Below are positions 1 to 14,664 of a stretch of 64,000 nt of DNA, in pieces. The position numbers and the translations under genes are program-made. This DNA is from the human T2T-CHM13v2.0 reference genome, Homo sapiens. The notes under the pieces are model-generated. The model was not told where the DNA came from. It was given only the letters and a program-made list of their open reading frames with translations, and searched no databases. Location of the stretch: NCBI RefSeq assembly GCF_009914755.1, contig NC_060925.1. One strand, written 5' to 3'. Numbering within the stretch: position 1 is the stretch's first letter; every line of letters starts with the position of its first letter.

Positions 1-104
1 ATCGGTCTCTGGACGAAGGGTTGGCCCGGCTTTCACTTAGCCCCCCAGGAGACGCTTCTGGGAGCATACTCCCCTCCTTATCTGGGGACACTGAGGCTCA
101 GTCA

Positions 105-617
<513 letters not shown>

Positions 618-618
618 A

Positions 619-790
619 AGGAAAGGAAAGAGGGGAAAGGAAAGGAAAGGAAAGGAAAGGAAAGGAAAGGAAAGGAAAGGAAAGGAAAGGAAAGGAAAGG
701 AAAGGAAAGGAAAGGAAAGGAAAGGAAAGGAAAGGAAAGGAAAAAGAAAGGGGAAAGGAAAGGGGAAAGAAAGGGGAAAGGAAAGGAAAG
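619..790 (+). repeat. (GGAAA)n/(AAAGG)n pentanucleotide microsatellite
   Basis: About 20 uninterrupted GGAAA units at ~634-742 with degenerate flanks. Confidence 0.97.
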
Positions 791-2779
791 TCATGGGGAC
801 CCAGGGGCAGCCAGCAGGGCTGGACAGAGGAGACCGGCCCTGACCTAGGAAAGGGGGGTCAGGGCCTAGAAACAGCACAGGCCAAGGTAAGAGGCAGAAA
901 TGATGACACCCTACACACAGCCCTGCAGACCACGGGGAATGCAATGTCCAGTGTCTCATCTCACATCAAAAAGGCCACCCCTGGGCCACTTGGTGGGAAA
1001 GAAGAGGCCGAGCTGGGGCTGGAGTCCTCGTCCCTGGTCCTCAACCCCATGCCCTTTCCATGAGCCGAGGCTGCCTGCTGAGAGGCCTGGAGGAGTCCGG
1101 AGCAGGCCCAGGGATCTCACTGCCCCCTGCACTCTGCATTTGGTCATATCATGTGGGTGGGGGCCTCGGATGGGAAGGGGCTGTGCCTTGGGAATTTTCT
1201 TGTCCCCAGACTCCTCAGGGAGGAAAGAGCCTGGGGCCTTTGGAGGAACTTGGGCTTCGGAGTCAGACCCATGGAGTCGGACTCCAGGCCACGCCTCAGT
1301 TTGCTAAAGGCCATGACCAACTCTGCTCTTGCCCGCCGCATGCCAGCATTTCATTTAATGGTCCAAACATCCCATGAGGACATATGGCCATCATTCCCGC
1401 TTTACTCATGAGGGGACTGACACGCAGAGGTTAAGCAATTTGCCCAAGGTCACGCAGCTATTCCGTGGCCGATCCAGGAGCTCAGCCCAGGATGCCTGAC
1501 ACCAGAGTTGTCACCCAATGCTTCCATTTCCAGGCCACCTTGAGCAAGTCACTGAACCACCCCAGGCCTCTGTTTCCTCACAGCCACAGTGACTCCCACC
1601 TCGCGGAGTTGAGGAGGAGTCAGTGAATTAATGGCTGAGTGCGTGGCTCGTGGCAGCCACCTTGCCTGTTTTCAGCCAGGCCACAGACTGACCCCAAAAC
1701 CCCATCCCCCTAATCTTTCTCAGGGGCCCTGGCACCCAGGACAAGGTCCCAGCCCCTCTTGGCCCAGCAGAGCGAGGGACCAGGAGAACTGAGGCCACTC
1801 TGGGGCCCAGGGCAGGGCAGGGGCCGGGTGGCCACGGGAACACAGGTCCACTTCACCCTCCTGCTCAGCAGGGCTGGATTCTCCCTGTCTCCTGGGGCCC
1901 ACTGGGAACTTGGGGTTTTCCTGCATCTGATTAGCATAAATTAGCAGCTGTCAGCAAGAGGGAGTAATGTAGCCTTTCAACGGCCCCGTCTTGTTTTTGG
2001 AAACCTTATCGAGTTCTGCTGAGGGCTCGCCTTGTTCACTGGCCACTGGATGGCTGACTGGTGTTTGTGTACCCAGCAGAGGCCCACCACCGCCCCTGGT
2101 GAGCCCCCGGCCCCCAGCCTCAGCTCCAAGGATAACACGGAGGGAAGGAGCCTGGTGCGGGTGGTAGCGGGATGAGGGGGGATCCAGCCAGACTCCCCGC
2201 CCTCCTCCCACTTCACACCTCTCACCCGAGGTCCCTCCACACTGAGAGAGCCCTCTGTGCAGGCTGGTGGGGCGGAAGGGCCCAATGGCCACCTCCAGTT
2301 TTCCCGGCAGGGGGAGCAGTGGCCATTGGAGCTTCCTAGGCTGGGGCTACGTCCACAGAGAACTTTCAACTGGACAGCACCAACCTGGTTCCTTGGGGAT
2401 AAGGCTGGTCTGCCCTGATTTTCCAAGGAAAGGGAAGAACATCTATTCCACAAGGCCTACTGTGTGCCGAGCCCAGGAAGGGGTGACTTCTTTGTCATCC
2501 AAGAATCCCACGGGTGCTGGAGGGAACAGGGTTTGTCTGCCAGGCAGCCCTTCCCTTCTGCTTCTGATAATGCCACAGCCTTCCTCCAGGTGAACTAGAG
2601 CCTGTGCTCTGGAACCAGAATGGGTTCAAATCCCACCACTCACCAGCTGTGTGCCTCTCTGCCTCAGTTGCCTCACCTGTAGAATGGGACCCTGGTTGTG
2701 AGAATTAAATGAATTTGTGCGTTCAATGTGCTGAGAACAACACTGGCACATGGTAAGTGATGCGTTAGCTATGACTGAT

Positions 2780-3260
2780 TGCCCTGGCCCCACTCCAAGT
2801 GCTTCTGGTGAGGCTGCTTATCCAGACTCCCCACTCCCAACCACAGGGGCAGACATGTAACCTAGATCAGCCAGTTAGGATGCCTCATCTCCAACTGGCC
2901 ACAGTGATTGGCCCAGGAATAGATAAGCCTAGCCAATCAGACTCTTTCCCTGTGATTTAATATTTGGCTGTGAGTAGAGAAGCTCTCTCTTTCCCGAGGG
3001 TGAAAAGCTGGAAAGATGTAAGCCCAACGCTCTCTGTGGCCCTGCCTTCCTTTCTTCACCCACCACATCAAGGAAGCAAGCCTGCAGTAGGAGAAAGTGA
3101 GGCCACCAACCCAGAGATGAGCAGAGCCCAGAGAGGTGGAGAGGCGACTGAGACACCAAGAATAAATGATAGAGAAGGATAACCCCGTTATTTCCATCCC
3201 TGAAACCGGCTGTGCCTGGGACTTCCCTTTGACCCAAGACGTTTCCTTTCACTGTTAAAA
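2780..3260. mobile_element. Old ERVL/MaLR-type solo LTR fragment (LTR16/MLT1-like)
   Basis: Characteristic motifs such as GGCCACAGTGATTGGCCCAGG and AAGCCTAGCCAATCAGACTC. Confidence 0.5.
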
Positions 3261-3650
3261 TCCGGAATCATCCAAAGTTGATTATCTCTATTGTACATAT
3301 GAGAAAACTGAGGCTCGGGGAGGTGGAGTGATCAGCCCTTGGGGACAGAACTAGTAGGTGGTGGAGCCAAAGGCAGGCGGCCTGGCCGCAGAGTCCAAGG
3401 AGGAAGGGGGAGGCAAGCAGCTCTGCCTCTTCGTCTCCCTGTCCCTCCCCAGACCACACATTAGCCTTTGTTTGAATGGTCACCTGGAGGAGAAGGAGAA
3501 GCTGGGTTTGAATTCCAGCTCTGTTGTTTTCTGGCTATGTGAGCTTTGAGCAACTCACTTCTCTTCTCCGAGCCCAGTTTCCTCGTCTGTAACATGGGAA
3601 TAATATTCCTTATTTCACTATGTTGGCATAAAATAAAATGTCCCATTGGA

Positions 3651-3700
3651 AGCACCCAGCACATAATTAGCACCCAGTACATAATTAGCACCCAGTAAAT
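3651..3700 (+). repeat. 18-bp tandem repeat (~2.7 copies) inside a MIR
   Basis: AGCACCCAGCACATAATT / AGCACCCAGTACATAATT / AGCACCCAGTAAAT. Confidence 0.85.
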
Positions 3701-4003
3701 GCTCATTTTTCCATTCCCCAAAACAGCAGCATCATCTCAACCTTCCAGGAAGCCAAAATGCCTGACTTGCAGGGCTATCGATAGATCCTCAAGGCAGCAG
3801 TGGTAGCCCCCATTTCAGAGACGGGAAACAGGCTCCGAGTGGTTCAACCACACACCCAAGGTCACAAGGCTTGTTAATGGGACCTCTCCCACTTCTATCA
3901 AGTTGCCTGAGTCCCTGCTGCAGGGTTCTCTGCAGTCAGAGGCTGGGAACTGGGTTGGCGGTGAGGAGGGTAAAATGGGGATAGAGTAAGTGGTTTGGAC
4001 TGA

Positions 4004-5330
<1,327 letters not shown>

Positions 5331-5425
5331 TGCTATAGTTTCAACATTTGTCCCCTCCAAAACTCATGTTGAAGTTTAATCTCCAATGTGGCAATATTGA
5401 GAGGTGAGAGGTGGTCTTCTTCTTC

Positions 5426-5868
5426 TTTTTTTTTTTTTTTTTTTTTTTTTGAGATGGAGTCTTGCTCTGTCGCTCAGGCTGGAGTGGAGTGGAGTGGAGT
5501 GGTATGATCTCGGCCCACTGCAACCTCCACAGTGGAGTGGAGTAGAGTGAAGTGGAGTGGCACGATCTCGGCTCACTGCAACCTCCACAGTGGAGTGGAG
5601 TGGAGTGGAGTGGAGTGGAGTGGAGTGGCACAGTCTTGGCTCACTGCAACCTCCACCTCCCAGATTCAAGCTATTCTTCTGCCTCAGCTTCCCAAGAAGA
5701 TGGGATTAGAGGTGCCCGTCACCATGCCCGGCCAATTTTTGTATTTTTAGCAGAGACAGGGTTTCACCATGTTGGCCAGGCTGGTCTCAAACTCCTGACC
5801 TCAGGTGATCTGCCCACCTTGGCCTCCCAAAGTGCTGGGATTACAGGCGTGAGGCACCAGGCCTGGCC
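5426..5868 (-). mobile_element. Alu (AluS-like) carrying an internal tandem expansion
   Basis: Reverse Alu; TSD TGAGAGGTGGTC at 5405-5416 and 5869-5880. Confidence 0.95.
5480..5656 (+). repeat. Compound minisatellite: [(TGGAG)n + 28-bp Alu segment] x3
   Basis: Three TGGAG runs, each followed by ..CTCGGCTCACTGCAACCTCCAC-like sequence. Confidence 0.93.
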
Positions 5869-6782
5869 TGAGAGGTGGTCCTTTAAGAGGTGATTGGGTC
5901 ATGAAGGCTCTGCCCTCATGAATGGTTTAATCTATTCATGGATTCATGGATTAATGGGTTAATGGTTAATTGATTATCATGGGACTGGCGGCTTTATAAG
6001 AAGAGGAAGAGAGACCCGGGCCAGCACCTCAGCCCCCTCACCATGTGATATCCTGTGTGGCCTCTGGACTCTGCAGAGTCCCCACCAGCAAGGAGGTCCT
6101 CACCAGATGCGGCCCCTCAACCTTGGACTTCACAGGCTCCAGAACCGTATAAAATAAATTCCTTGTCTTTGTAAATTACCCAGTTTCAGGTATTCTGTTA
6201 CAAGCAACAGAAATGGACGAATACGTTACCACAATTTCTGAAATAAGGACAAATAAAAGAGCATTTGAGCTAAGACCTAAAGGATGGACATTCCTCCCAA
6301 GAAGAAGGTATTCTGGGCAGAGGGGACAGTGTGAGTCTCGGCTGGGAGGCCGGAGGCCCTGGGATGTCCCAGGAAGGGGCAGGCGCTGAGGCCGGAAAGG
6401 TTGGGAGTGGCCCAATCACGAGGCCGCCTGAGACTCAGTCTCTTCATCCACCATGTGGGGATGCTGCCACTCACCTCACAGAGACAAGGTACCCCATCAG
6501 CTCATCAGACGGGGGTCTGCGAAACAGGAGAAAAAAATCCCAGCCAGGGCCTTAGTTTCTCTGAGGTACAGATGTTGGTGATGTTGGTGGCAGGTATACA
6601 TTTGGGGGCCATAAAGCTTCCCAGAACTATAGCAACCCCACCTCCACCCATCCCCGAAAAGGAAAGAAAATTGCTACCCCTACAGCCCTTGCGGGCCGCC
6701 CCCCGCCCCCAACCCCGACCACCCCCAACCCCGACCACCCCCACCAGCCCAGCAGAGAACTTAGCGACCAGGGCCCGGATGG

Positions 6783-6816
6783 AGCAGTGTTCCTGAGTAG
6801 CCACCAGAGGGCGCAC
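6783..6816 (+). promoter_or_regulatory. CTCF site, core plus upstream motif
   Basis: GCAGTGTTCC-tgag-TAGCCACCAGAGGGCGCAC (core 6798-6816). Confidence 0.8.
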
Positions 6817-8339
6817 TGTACCCGCCAACTCAGCGTGTCTCCCGCCCTGGAGAGGGGAGACGGACAGGGAGGAAGGGCTACTGTCGTCCTGGGACACATT
6901 CCTGGGCAGGGGGCTTCCAGGTCCTGTTGAAAGCTGTCCTTGGGCAGAGGACATCCTGAGCCATGGATTCACAGCCACGGAGATATCCGAGTTGGAAGGG
7001 GTTTAGGATGGGGACCCTTTTATGGGGACCCTTTTACAGAGATGAGGCCCAGAGAGCAGAAGCCAGCTGTCTAGCGTCACACAACGGGTCAGGGCAAAGC
7101 AGGGGCTGGAACCCGAGACTCTCATACCCCTGCACACACCTGCTCCTGCTCTCCAGGCCCCGGACAGCTGGGCCCAGATGGAAACCAGGGGGCAAGGCAA
7201 AATGGAACTGTGGAAGGGGCTCCAGCATCTCCGCCATCCCCTGTTCTCCCAAGATGCTGAGCCACAGGGAAACTGAGGCATGGAGCGACAAAGAGGCAGA
7301 GGTTGTCTGCATCCCTCCTGAGCAGGTCAGGGCCCCATGCGGGTCCCAGGGAGCCCCTCTGCTCCCCCTGGAGCCAGGTTTGGGTACAGCAGCTGTGACT
7401 AGCCAACCAGGCTGGGCCACTGTGGCTGAAGGCTCAAAGTCCAGCAGGGAGCCATTGATCAGTCCGGGACTTCTGTTGGGAGGGTGCCGGCAAACTATCT
7501 GATGGGTCCCCAGGGCCTCCCCTGGAGGAAGTGGGGACTTGAGCAGGAGGTGTCCGGGGGCTCCTGGGCTTTGGCAGGGCCTCCCTCCCCTCCACCGCCT
7601 CCCTCTTCAAATCGCAGCTGGAAACAGCACCTCCCCTGTTGGGTACAAGAACCTTCACAGGGGCCTTGACCTTCTATGACTCTACCCCACGGAAATCAGC
7701 AGAAGCAGACGGAGATGGCCCCTGAAGCACTTTGGTGTGTAATGTCATTTAATCCTCAGAATGACCCCATGGCATAGAATATGATTCGTTCATCCAATTT
7801 TGCAGCTGGGAAACCTGAAGCCAGGACGAAGAAGGCAATTGCTTGGCAGCAGCACTCCAGAAACACCATGTGCCATGCAGAGTCCACGGCTCAGCCGCCG
7901 CAGCCCCTGTGCGCGCTGTCTCATTTAATCCCCCCAGCCACTCTGTCAGGCAGGTAGGGTGAAGGCCCAGCGTTAAAGATGAGGAAAATGAGGCAACGAG
8001 AACAAATTGCCCTGTTGCTCAAGCTCTCTTGGCTTCCTGTGACCTCCCAGACCTTGGGTGACAGAGGCACATTAAGGAAGTCCCTCAACTCTCCGGCGGG
8101 GGTGGAGCCTCTGCAGGGGGCGTGGAACCAGTAGCAGGACCACAGTAGCCAGGCAGGGACATGGATCCCCCACCCCCAACACCTCCCCTAGCTGCCCCTC
8201 CATTGCCTTACCCAGCTCTTGAGGCTGGAAGGCTCATAGCTCTTTTCCTGACTACCTTCCACCCATGAGTAGCCAGGCGCGTGTTCTAGCCCAAGAGATC
8301 TAGGTGGGAGTCAATGAGGAAGGGCTTCACTTCCCAAAT

Positions 8340-8640
8340 TTTATTTTTGTTTATTTTATTTTATTTTTTCGAGAAGGAGTCTCGCTCTGTCACCCAGGCT
8401 GGAGAATAGTGGTGCCATCTCAGCTCACTGCAACCTCCGCCTCCCAGGTTCAAGCTATTCTTCCTGCCTCAGCTGGGACTACAGGCATCTGCCACCATGC
8501 CTGGCTAACTTTTGTATTTTTAGTAGAGACGGGGTTTCACCGTGTTGGCCAGGCTGATCTAGAACTCCTGACCTCAGTGATCTCCCCCGCTCAGCCTCCC
8601 AAAGTGCTGGGATTACAGGTGTGAGCCACCACGCCCGGCT
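8340..8640 (-). mobile_element. Alu
   Basis: Reverse Alu; TSD ACTTCCCAAATTTT on both sides. Confidence 0.95.
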
Positions 8641-8964
8641 ACTTCCCAAATTTTAAAAAAAGCCTCCCAAGACCTTTGACTTTCCCAGTGCCTCTCTGCC
8701 TGGAATGAAACGTGAGTGCTGGAGGCACAGCAGGCACTTTGGAACTACGAGGGCAAACACCACAAGTTAGGGACAACGGAGTTGGGAGAGCCTGCACTCT
8801 GACAATGCTGCTGACCTGTGCACCAGCCCTAGAGTTCCCATCATGTGAGAAAGATAGACCCTCCTTCTCTTAACACGGGGGACCACCGTCCCTGCTGGTT
8901 GCTGCCTACTCAAGTTTGCATTCCCATCTGACCCAGCAGCCCTGAGTAGGGGTTAAGAATGTAG

Positions 8965-9268
8965 TTTTTTTTGTTTTGTTTTGTTTTTTGACAGAGTCTC
9001 ATTCTGTTGCCCAGTCTGGAGTGCAGTGGCGCGATCTCGACTCACTGCAACCTCCGCTCCCAGGTTCAAATGACTTTCCTGCCTCAGCCTTCCAAGTAGC
9101 TGGGATTACAGGCGTGCGCCACCATGCCCCGCTAATTTTTGTATTTTTAATAGAGATGGGGTTTCACCATGTTGGCCAGGCTGATCACGAACTCCTGACC
9201 TCAGGTGATCCACCCACCTCGGCCTCCCAAAGTGCTGGGATTGCAGGTGTGAGCCACCGCGCCCGGCC
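8965..9268 (-). mobile_element. Alu (AluS-like)
   Basis: Full reverse Alu. Confidence 0.95.
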
Positions 9269-10292
9269 AAGTAGTCTTAGAATCTTGGCTGACGAATTGG
9301 TAGCTGCATGGCCTTGAGCAAGGGGTTTTGTGTGGAAGAGCCTCCATTTTCTCTTCTGGAATAGGCCCAAGTGTGCCCCCTGCACAGAGCTGTTGGAGGG
9401 TCAAATAAGACACCAAGTGTCCTGAGCCCAGGACGGGGCACACACACACGAAGGTTGGGTGTTGTTAGGAAAGGAGAAACGGGCCATAGGGAGAAGACAG
9501 GGGGAGGCCCTGTCCTGGATCCTTCCCCCTCAGGAAAGGCTGTTTGGGAAACAGGTCTGATCGGGGAAAATTGAGCAGCGCTTCCTGACAGATCAGTAGC
9601 TCCCTGAGCCCCCAGACCCTGAGTCCCCTCCCCTTTAACGAAGTGCGGGCTCAGCCAACTCAGTTACCTGCCCGCCCAGCAAGGCGGCTGCTCCTCCAGC
9701 AGGGCTGGCTGCCCACCCCGGAGATGTGGGAATGGATCCTGCACACTCCAGCCTTCCAAGCCTCTTCTCCACCACCCACCACAGGGTCGGGCATTCTGCT
9801 ACTGGGGATTCACTCCTTCTGACCTGAAGCCTTGCAGGAGCACCCTGGGTGATTAGGGCTGGCACCCTGATGAAAGGCTATGGCTCCGGGGGGTACTCAG
9901 AGGCCACTGCTGAGGTGTAAGCACCTTGGAACATGTCACCCCCTGAACTGTGGTCAGCTTTGGCCCTGGGTGTAGCGAAGGGGAAGAAAAGGAACTGGCA
10001 CCTCGGGGATATGTCCTGCACCAGACAGAGGCGTGTCTCAGTGCATTGGGTCAGCACAGCGATCCCGCAGGAGGGTGTTGCTGGCCTCAAGACAAGAAAA
10101 ATAACCCTTAGGAGAGGTAAGGGACTTGCCCAGGTCACAAACAAGCAACAGCACAGAGTGGGATTCAAATCCAAGCCTCTTCTACTCCAAGGCCCAGCCC
10201 TGGGCTCTGCTCCCTAACTAGCTATGTGACATGACAATTCCCTCCCCTCTCAAGGCCTTCTGTAAAATGTGGTGGTTAAAAGACATGAGGCT

Positions 10293-10565
10293 GGCCAGGT
10301 GCAGTGGCTCGCGCCTGTAATCCCAGCACTTTGGGAGGCCAAGGTTGGTGGACCATTCGAGGTCAGGAGTTCGAGACCAGCCTGGCAAACATGGTGAAAC
10401 CCCATCTCTACAAAAAATACAAAAATTAGCCCGTGCAGTAGTGGAACTGAGGCAAGAGAATCACTTGAGCCTGGGAGGCAGAGGTTGCAGTGAGCCAAGA
10501 TCACGCCACTGCACTCCAATCTGGGCAAGAGAGTGAAACCCTGTCTCAAAAAAAAAAAAAAAAAA
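10293..10565 (+). mobile_element. Alu with internal deletion
   Basis: Forward Alu with poly-A; TSD-like AAAAGACAT. Confidence 0.93.
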
Positions 10566-11314
10566 GACATAAGCTTGCATGACCCCCCTACCCAAGTCAG
10601 ATGCTGTGGGCGCACTGCAGGGAGCTTAAGAGAGTGGGCTCTGGAGTGGGTCTGCCGGGGGGTGCCCCCCAGCTCACCCCTTACATGGGAATTTGGTTAC
10701 TTAACCCTGTTGTGCCTGCGCTCACTTGCCTGTGAAACAGGAATAAGAACTGTCTCCCTTCTCAGAGCTGCTGCACCTGCTGTGGCAGCTCCGCATGAGA
10801 GCTGCACTGTTGTGACAGGCTCCTTGGAGGGCCAGAGCAGGAAAAGACTGGGGGACTCAGGGAGAGCTGAGCAAGGAGGTGGAGGGAGGAAGATCAGTGA
10901 CATCATAGAAACAGGTTTGTGAGGACCAGGGCTCCTGCCCTGTGGCCCTCGGATGGTCCCACGAATCCCTGGGCAGATAAATCCCAGCTCGCCACTTCCT
11001 GGCCTCTCAAAGAAGCCCTTTGTCTGGTGGGTATCAGAGGCTACTTCCGGCTCCACGAGGGCCTGATCAAATGGAGACAAAGGACCCTCACACCGGCCAG
11101 AGAGGCCCCAGGGGATGCCCACTGGCCCCCAGCTTCCGCTGCCTGGGTGGCCAAGGGGGGCCCCCGCAGCCTGGCTGAGATCAGAGGGAGAGGGGACAGC
11201 AGCCACGGCTGCTGGGAAGTCAGGGGAGGGCCCGGGATAAGGGTGTGGCAGGAAGGGAGTCAGCAGGGACAGGAATTAAAGACTCCAGAGGGCCTTTTTC
11301 AGGAGCCAGAGGGC

Positions 11315-11600
11315 TTTTTTTTTTTTGAGATGGAGTCTCGCTCTGCCGCCCAGGCTGGAGTAGTGGCGTGATCTCAGCTCACTGCAACCTCCCAGGTTCA
11401 AGCGATTCTCCTGCCTCAGCCTCCCGAGTAGCAGGGACTACAGGCACCTGCCACCATGCCCAGCTAATTTTTGTATTTTTAGTAGAGACGGGGTTTCACC
11501 ATGTTGGCCAGGCTGGTCTCAAACTCCTGACCTCAAGTGATCCACCCGCCTTGGCCTCCCAAAGTGCTGGGATTACAGGCGTGAGCCACCGTGCCCAGCC
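11315..11600 (-). mobile_element. Alu (AluS-like)
   Basis: Reverse Alu. Confidence 0.95.
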
Positions 11601-12149
11601 AAGGGCATTTTAAAAAAATAAATAAATCAAGCACTCGAAGCCTTCTGTAGCTGCCCATTAGCCTCAGGCAGACTCAACTCCAGCCTGCTCCCAGCCCACG
11701 AAGCCCTGGGCTGCCCACCTCCCCCAAAACAGCCTTCTGCTAGTTCTCCAAACACAGGCTGCCCCACTCATGGTTGGGGACTTTGCCCCAGCTGTTCACT
11801 CTGCCGGTAGAACTTTCCTCCAAGGCATCCACATCCCTGACTCCCCCCTTTCATTAGGGCTTTGCTGTAGAGATGCCCCCTGACTCCTGACCCCTCTGCC
11901 ACACTCTCCAGTCCCCCACTTCCCTCTCTGCTTCAACTGGGCTTTCATCCTCATATGTCTTCTCAGGATCACCCATGGCCTGCCTGTGGCAGGACCAAAT
12001 AGCCAAGTGCCTCTGGGTGTAGGCGGCGGCAGCACCTAACACAGGGAGGCTGGGTCTCCTCTCCAGTCCTCAGCAGCTTCGCTCTGGTTTTCCTCCTGCT
12101 TCCTGGCTCCTCTGCCGGTGCCTCCTGGCCTCCCTGACCTCCTGGGAGG

Positions 12150-13010
12150 CTCTGGTCCTGTGCCCCACCCTCACTCCCTCCTTACGTGACCCACGCAGTC
12201 TCTGGCTTCCACCACCTTCTCTCTCCCTGACCCACACCTCCAGCCCCAGCCTTTCCCCAGAGCACGGGACTCCTGTGTCCATGCTCACTTCCAGGAGTTC
12301 ACGCAGCTGAGTGACGGCATCTCGAAATCCACAGGCCCAAACCCAGCCCTGGCGGCCCCTGCCCCAGACCTGCTTTCACGGCACCCCCAACTCTGTGGGT
12401 GATGATGCCCCCTTGCTTATCCTCGACCCTGTCTCTCCGACACCCCACGCCTGCAGACCCAGGATCCGACCACTTCCATGGCTCCTGTTGCTACCACCTC
12501 AACCTCCCAACTTCTGCCCTTGTCCCTGCTTCAAAACGCTCCCGTCCTGCCCTCCCCAGTGACCCCCAACTCAGGGTAAAAGGCCAGCAAGTGTGCAGCT
12601 GCCCCCCAGCCCTCGGCTGTGACCTCTTGAACCTCTTCCCCTGCCCTTCGCCCCTCACTCCAACCGCTGGGATCTCATTGCCGGTTCTCAAACATTCCAA
12701 GCTGGCTCCCAGCTCAGGGCCTGCGCGTTTGCTGTTACCTCTGCCTGGGCCAGACCTGCGAGGCCCACTCCCTCACCTCAAAATATCACTGGATCAGAGA
12801 ACCCCAAAAAGTGCTCCTCACAATACTCCCCATCTCTTCCCCCAGCTTAATGTCCTTCAGCTCATGCATCCCCAGCTGGTGGCCTCCCCACAAGCAGGCA
12901 GCTCCCTGAGAAGGGGGACTATACCTTTTTTGTTCAATGCCAGCACATAGATCATGCCTGGCACACAGGAGGGGCTCCAGAAATGTTGGCTGAGTCAGCG
13001 GATGAATGCG
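12150..13010 (+). mobile_element. L2 3' fragment
   Basis: Pyrimidine-rich L2-like body ending GCCTGGCACACAG..AAATGTTGGCTGAG..GATGAATG. Confidence 0.6.
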
Positions 13011-14664
13011 CTGAGCTGAGTGTTGAAGGCTACGTGAGTCTGCCAGGCAGGTGGTGGGAGGAGATGTTCCAAGCAGAGGGAACAGCATGTACAAGGCCAA
13101 GGCACAAAAGGACATAGCGTGTCCAAGAAGGCAGGGAGTGCTGCTGTGCAGAGCAGAAGGAGGAGGGTCTAGGGCTGGGGAGTTTAGGGCTGCGGAGTCA
13201 GCCAGGGAGCCTGGTCATGAAGGGAATGTGCTTGTTCTTCCATTCATTCATTCATTGAATATTTATTAAGCCCTGTGAGAAGTCTTGCTCTTTCCCCATC
13301 TAAAGGGATAAGACTTAATCTTGAAGGTACTTGGGAGCCATTGAGAGATGCAGAGAAGGGGCAGCACCTATCACTGCTGGTCACAGGATGGAACCCCAAT
13401 ATGCCCCCGGATCCTCCCCTACCCCCAGGGGGTGCCTGCTAAGCCACTGCTTCCTTTCCAAGGCAGCATTTTGGAGGTCTGGGGAGAGCATGCCCGCCGA
13501 GCTTTCTCCTGGCAAGGCCACAGAGCAACTGAGTCTCCACTAGAGTCAGCCTGTCCACCTGTGGCCCCCCTCGATGTGTAAGTCACATGGCCCAGATGGG
13601 GGCTGTGAACCTCCAGAGCTGGAAGAACCTCAGAGAATCCAACCCTTCATTTTCCAGACAGGGCAACTGAGGCCCACCAAAGACAAAGGACTTATTCAAG
13701 GTCCTGCTGTGTCTTCAGAGGCAACTCTTGTTTGCAAGTGACAAGCACCTGATTCAGACTGGCTTTTTTGAAAGGACGAGGGACTCTGCAAGCATGACCA
13801 GGATGTTGAAGAGTGAACTTCAGGTGCGGTTGGATCCAGGCTTACCTTGGGACACATGCTTCCCCTCTGACAAACACTTGCCACAGGTCTGCAGGACTCT
13901 CAGTGGCCACGTCTGGGGATAATGTGTCTACTCCTGGAGTGGGGGTGAGGCGGCAGGGGCAGTGTCAGCCCCACATGGCACCCCAGGACTGAGAAGAGGG
14001 TGGGACCCCAAAGGAAAATTGGATTTGCTGGCCCAAGAATGGGGGTAACAAAAGCTGATGTCCCCACACCTAGGAGCTTAGGGATAGAACCCAGACCAGA
14101 TCTCCACCACCCAACTCCAAACCCAGCACCTATCCCACGTCCCCAGACTCCCTCAGGAAGACAAACTAGACACTAGCGTGGATGGAGGCTGGAGCCAGAG
14201 GCAGGGGACCGGGAAGGAGGTTGTCCAGGCGAGAGGCAATGAGCCCCTTGGAAGAAACTCATCAATCTCCTAACTCCCAACTCATTTTCCCACGTCAGCA
14301 TTTTGCTGAGGGAAACATCTGTCACTTCTTCAAGATGAATAACACACCAACACCATTATTAATGTATTCTTAAGTGGTGTTTAGAATCCACTTCATTCTA
14401 ACCATCATGACATACATCTTTGCTGACTTGTTCGGACCCCAGAGACCTGGCACTGCATGGCTGCTGCGCAAACTGGGTGACCCCTGATCCCCAAGCATGT
14501 AGCAGAGGGTCAAGTTCACAGCAGCCTGACAAACAGCAGGAGAATACACCCCCCAACCCCAGTGAGAGAGACCTGACGCCAGTGAGGGCCAGTGAGGTGA
14601 GTGATGCCTGCTACTGCTGGTGGGCGTGTCAGGCCATTATTTTGGAAAGTCATCAGCAGGGTAC

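Larger units (their letters stand above)
5331..6225 (+). mobile_element. MaLR solo LTR (MSTB-like), split by an Alu
   Basis: Starts TGCTATAGTTT..CCCCTCCAAAACTCATGTTGAA; ends AATAAATTCC..AAATTACCCAGTTTCAGGTATTCTGTTAC..AGCAACAGAAATGGAC. Confidence 0.88.

Noticed and set aside
5480-5656. Repeat-spacer appearance resembling a CRISPR array (also the 24-nt array at 61.9-62.4 kb)
   Set aside because: Eukaryotic context, the spacers are copies of one another (Alu-derived in the first case), and there are no cas genes.
8106-8124. Third CTCF-like motif CTCTGCAGGGGGCGTG
   Set aside because: Mismatches at conserved core positions and no upstream module.
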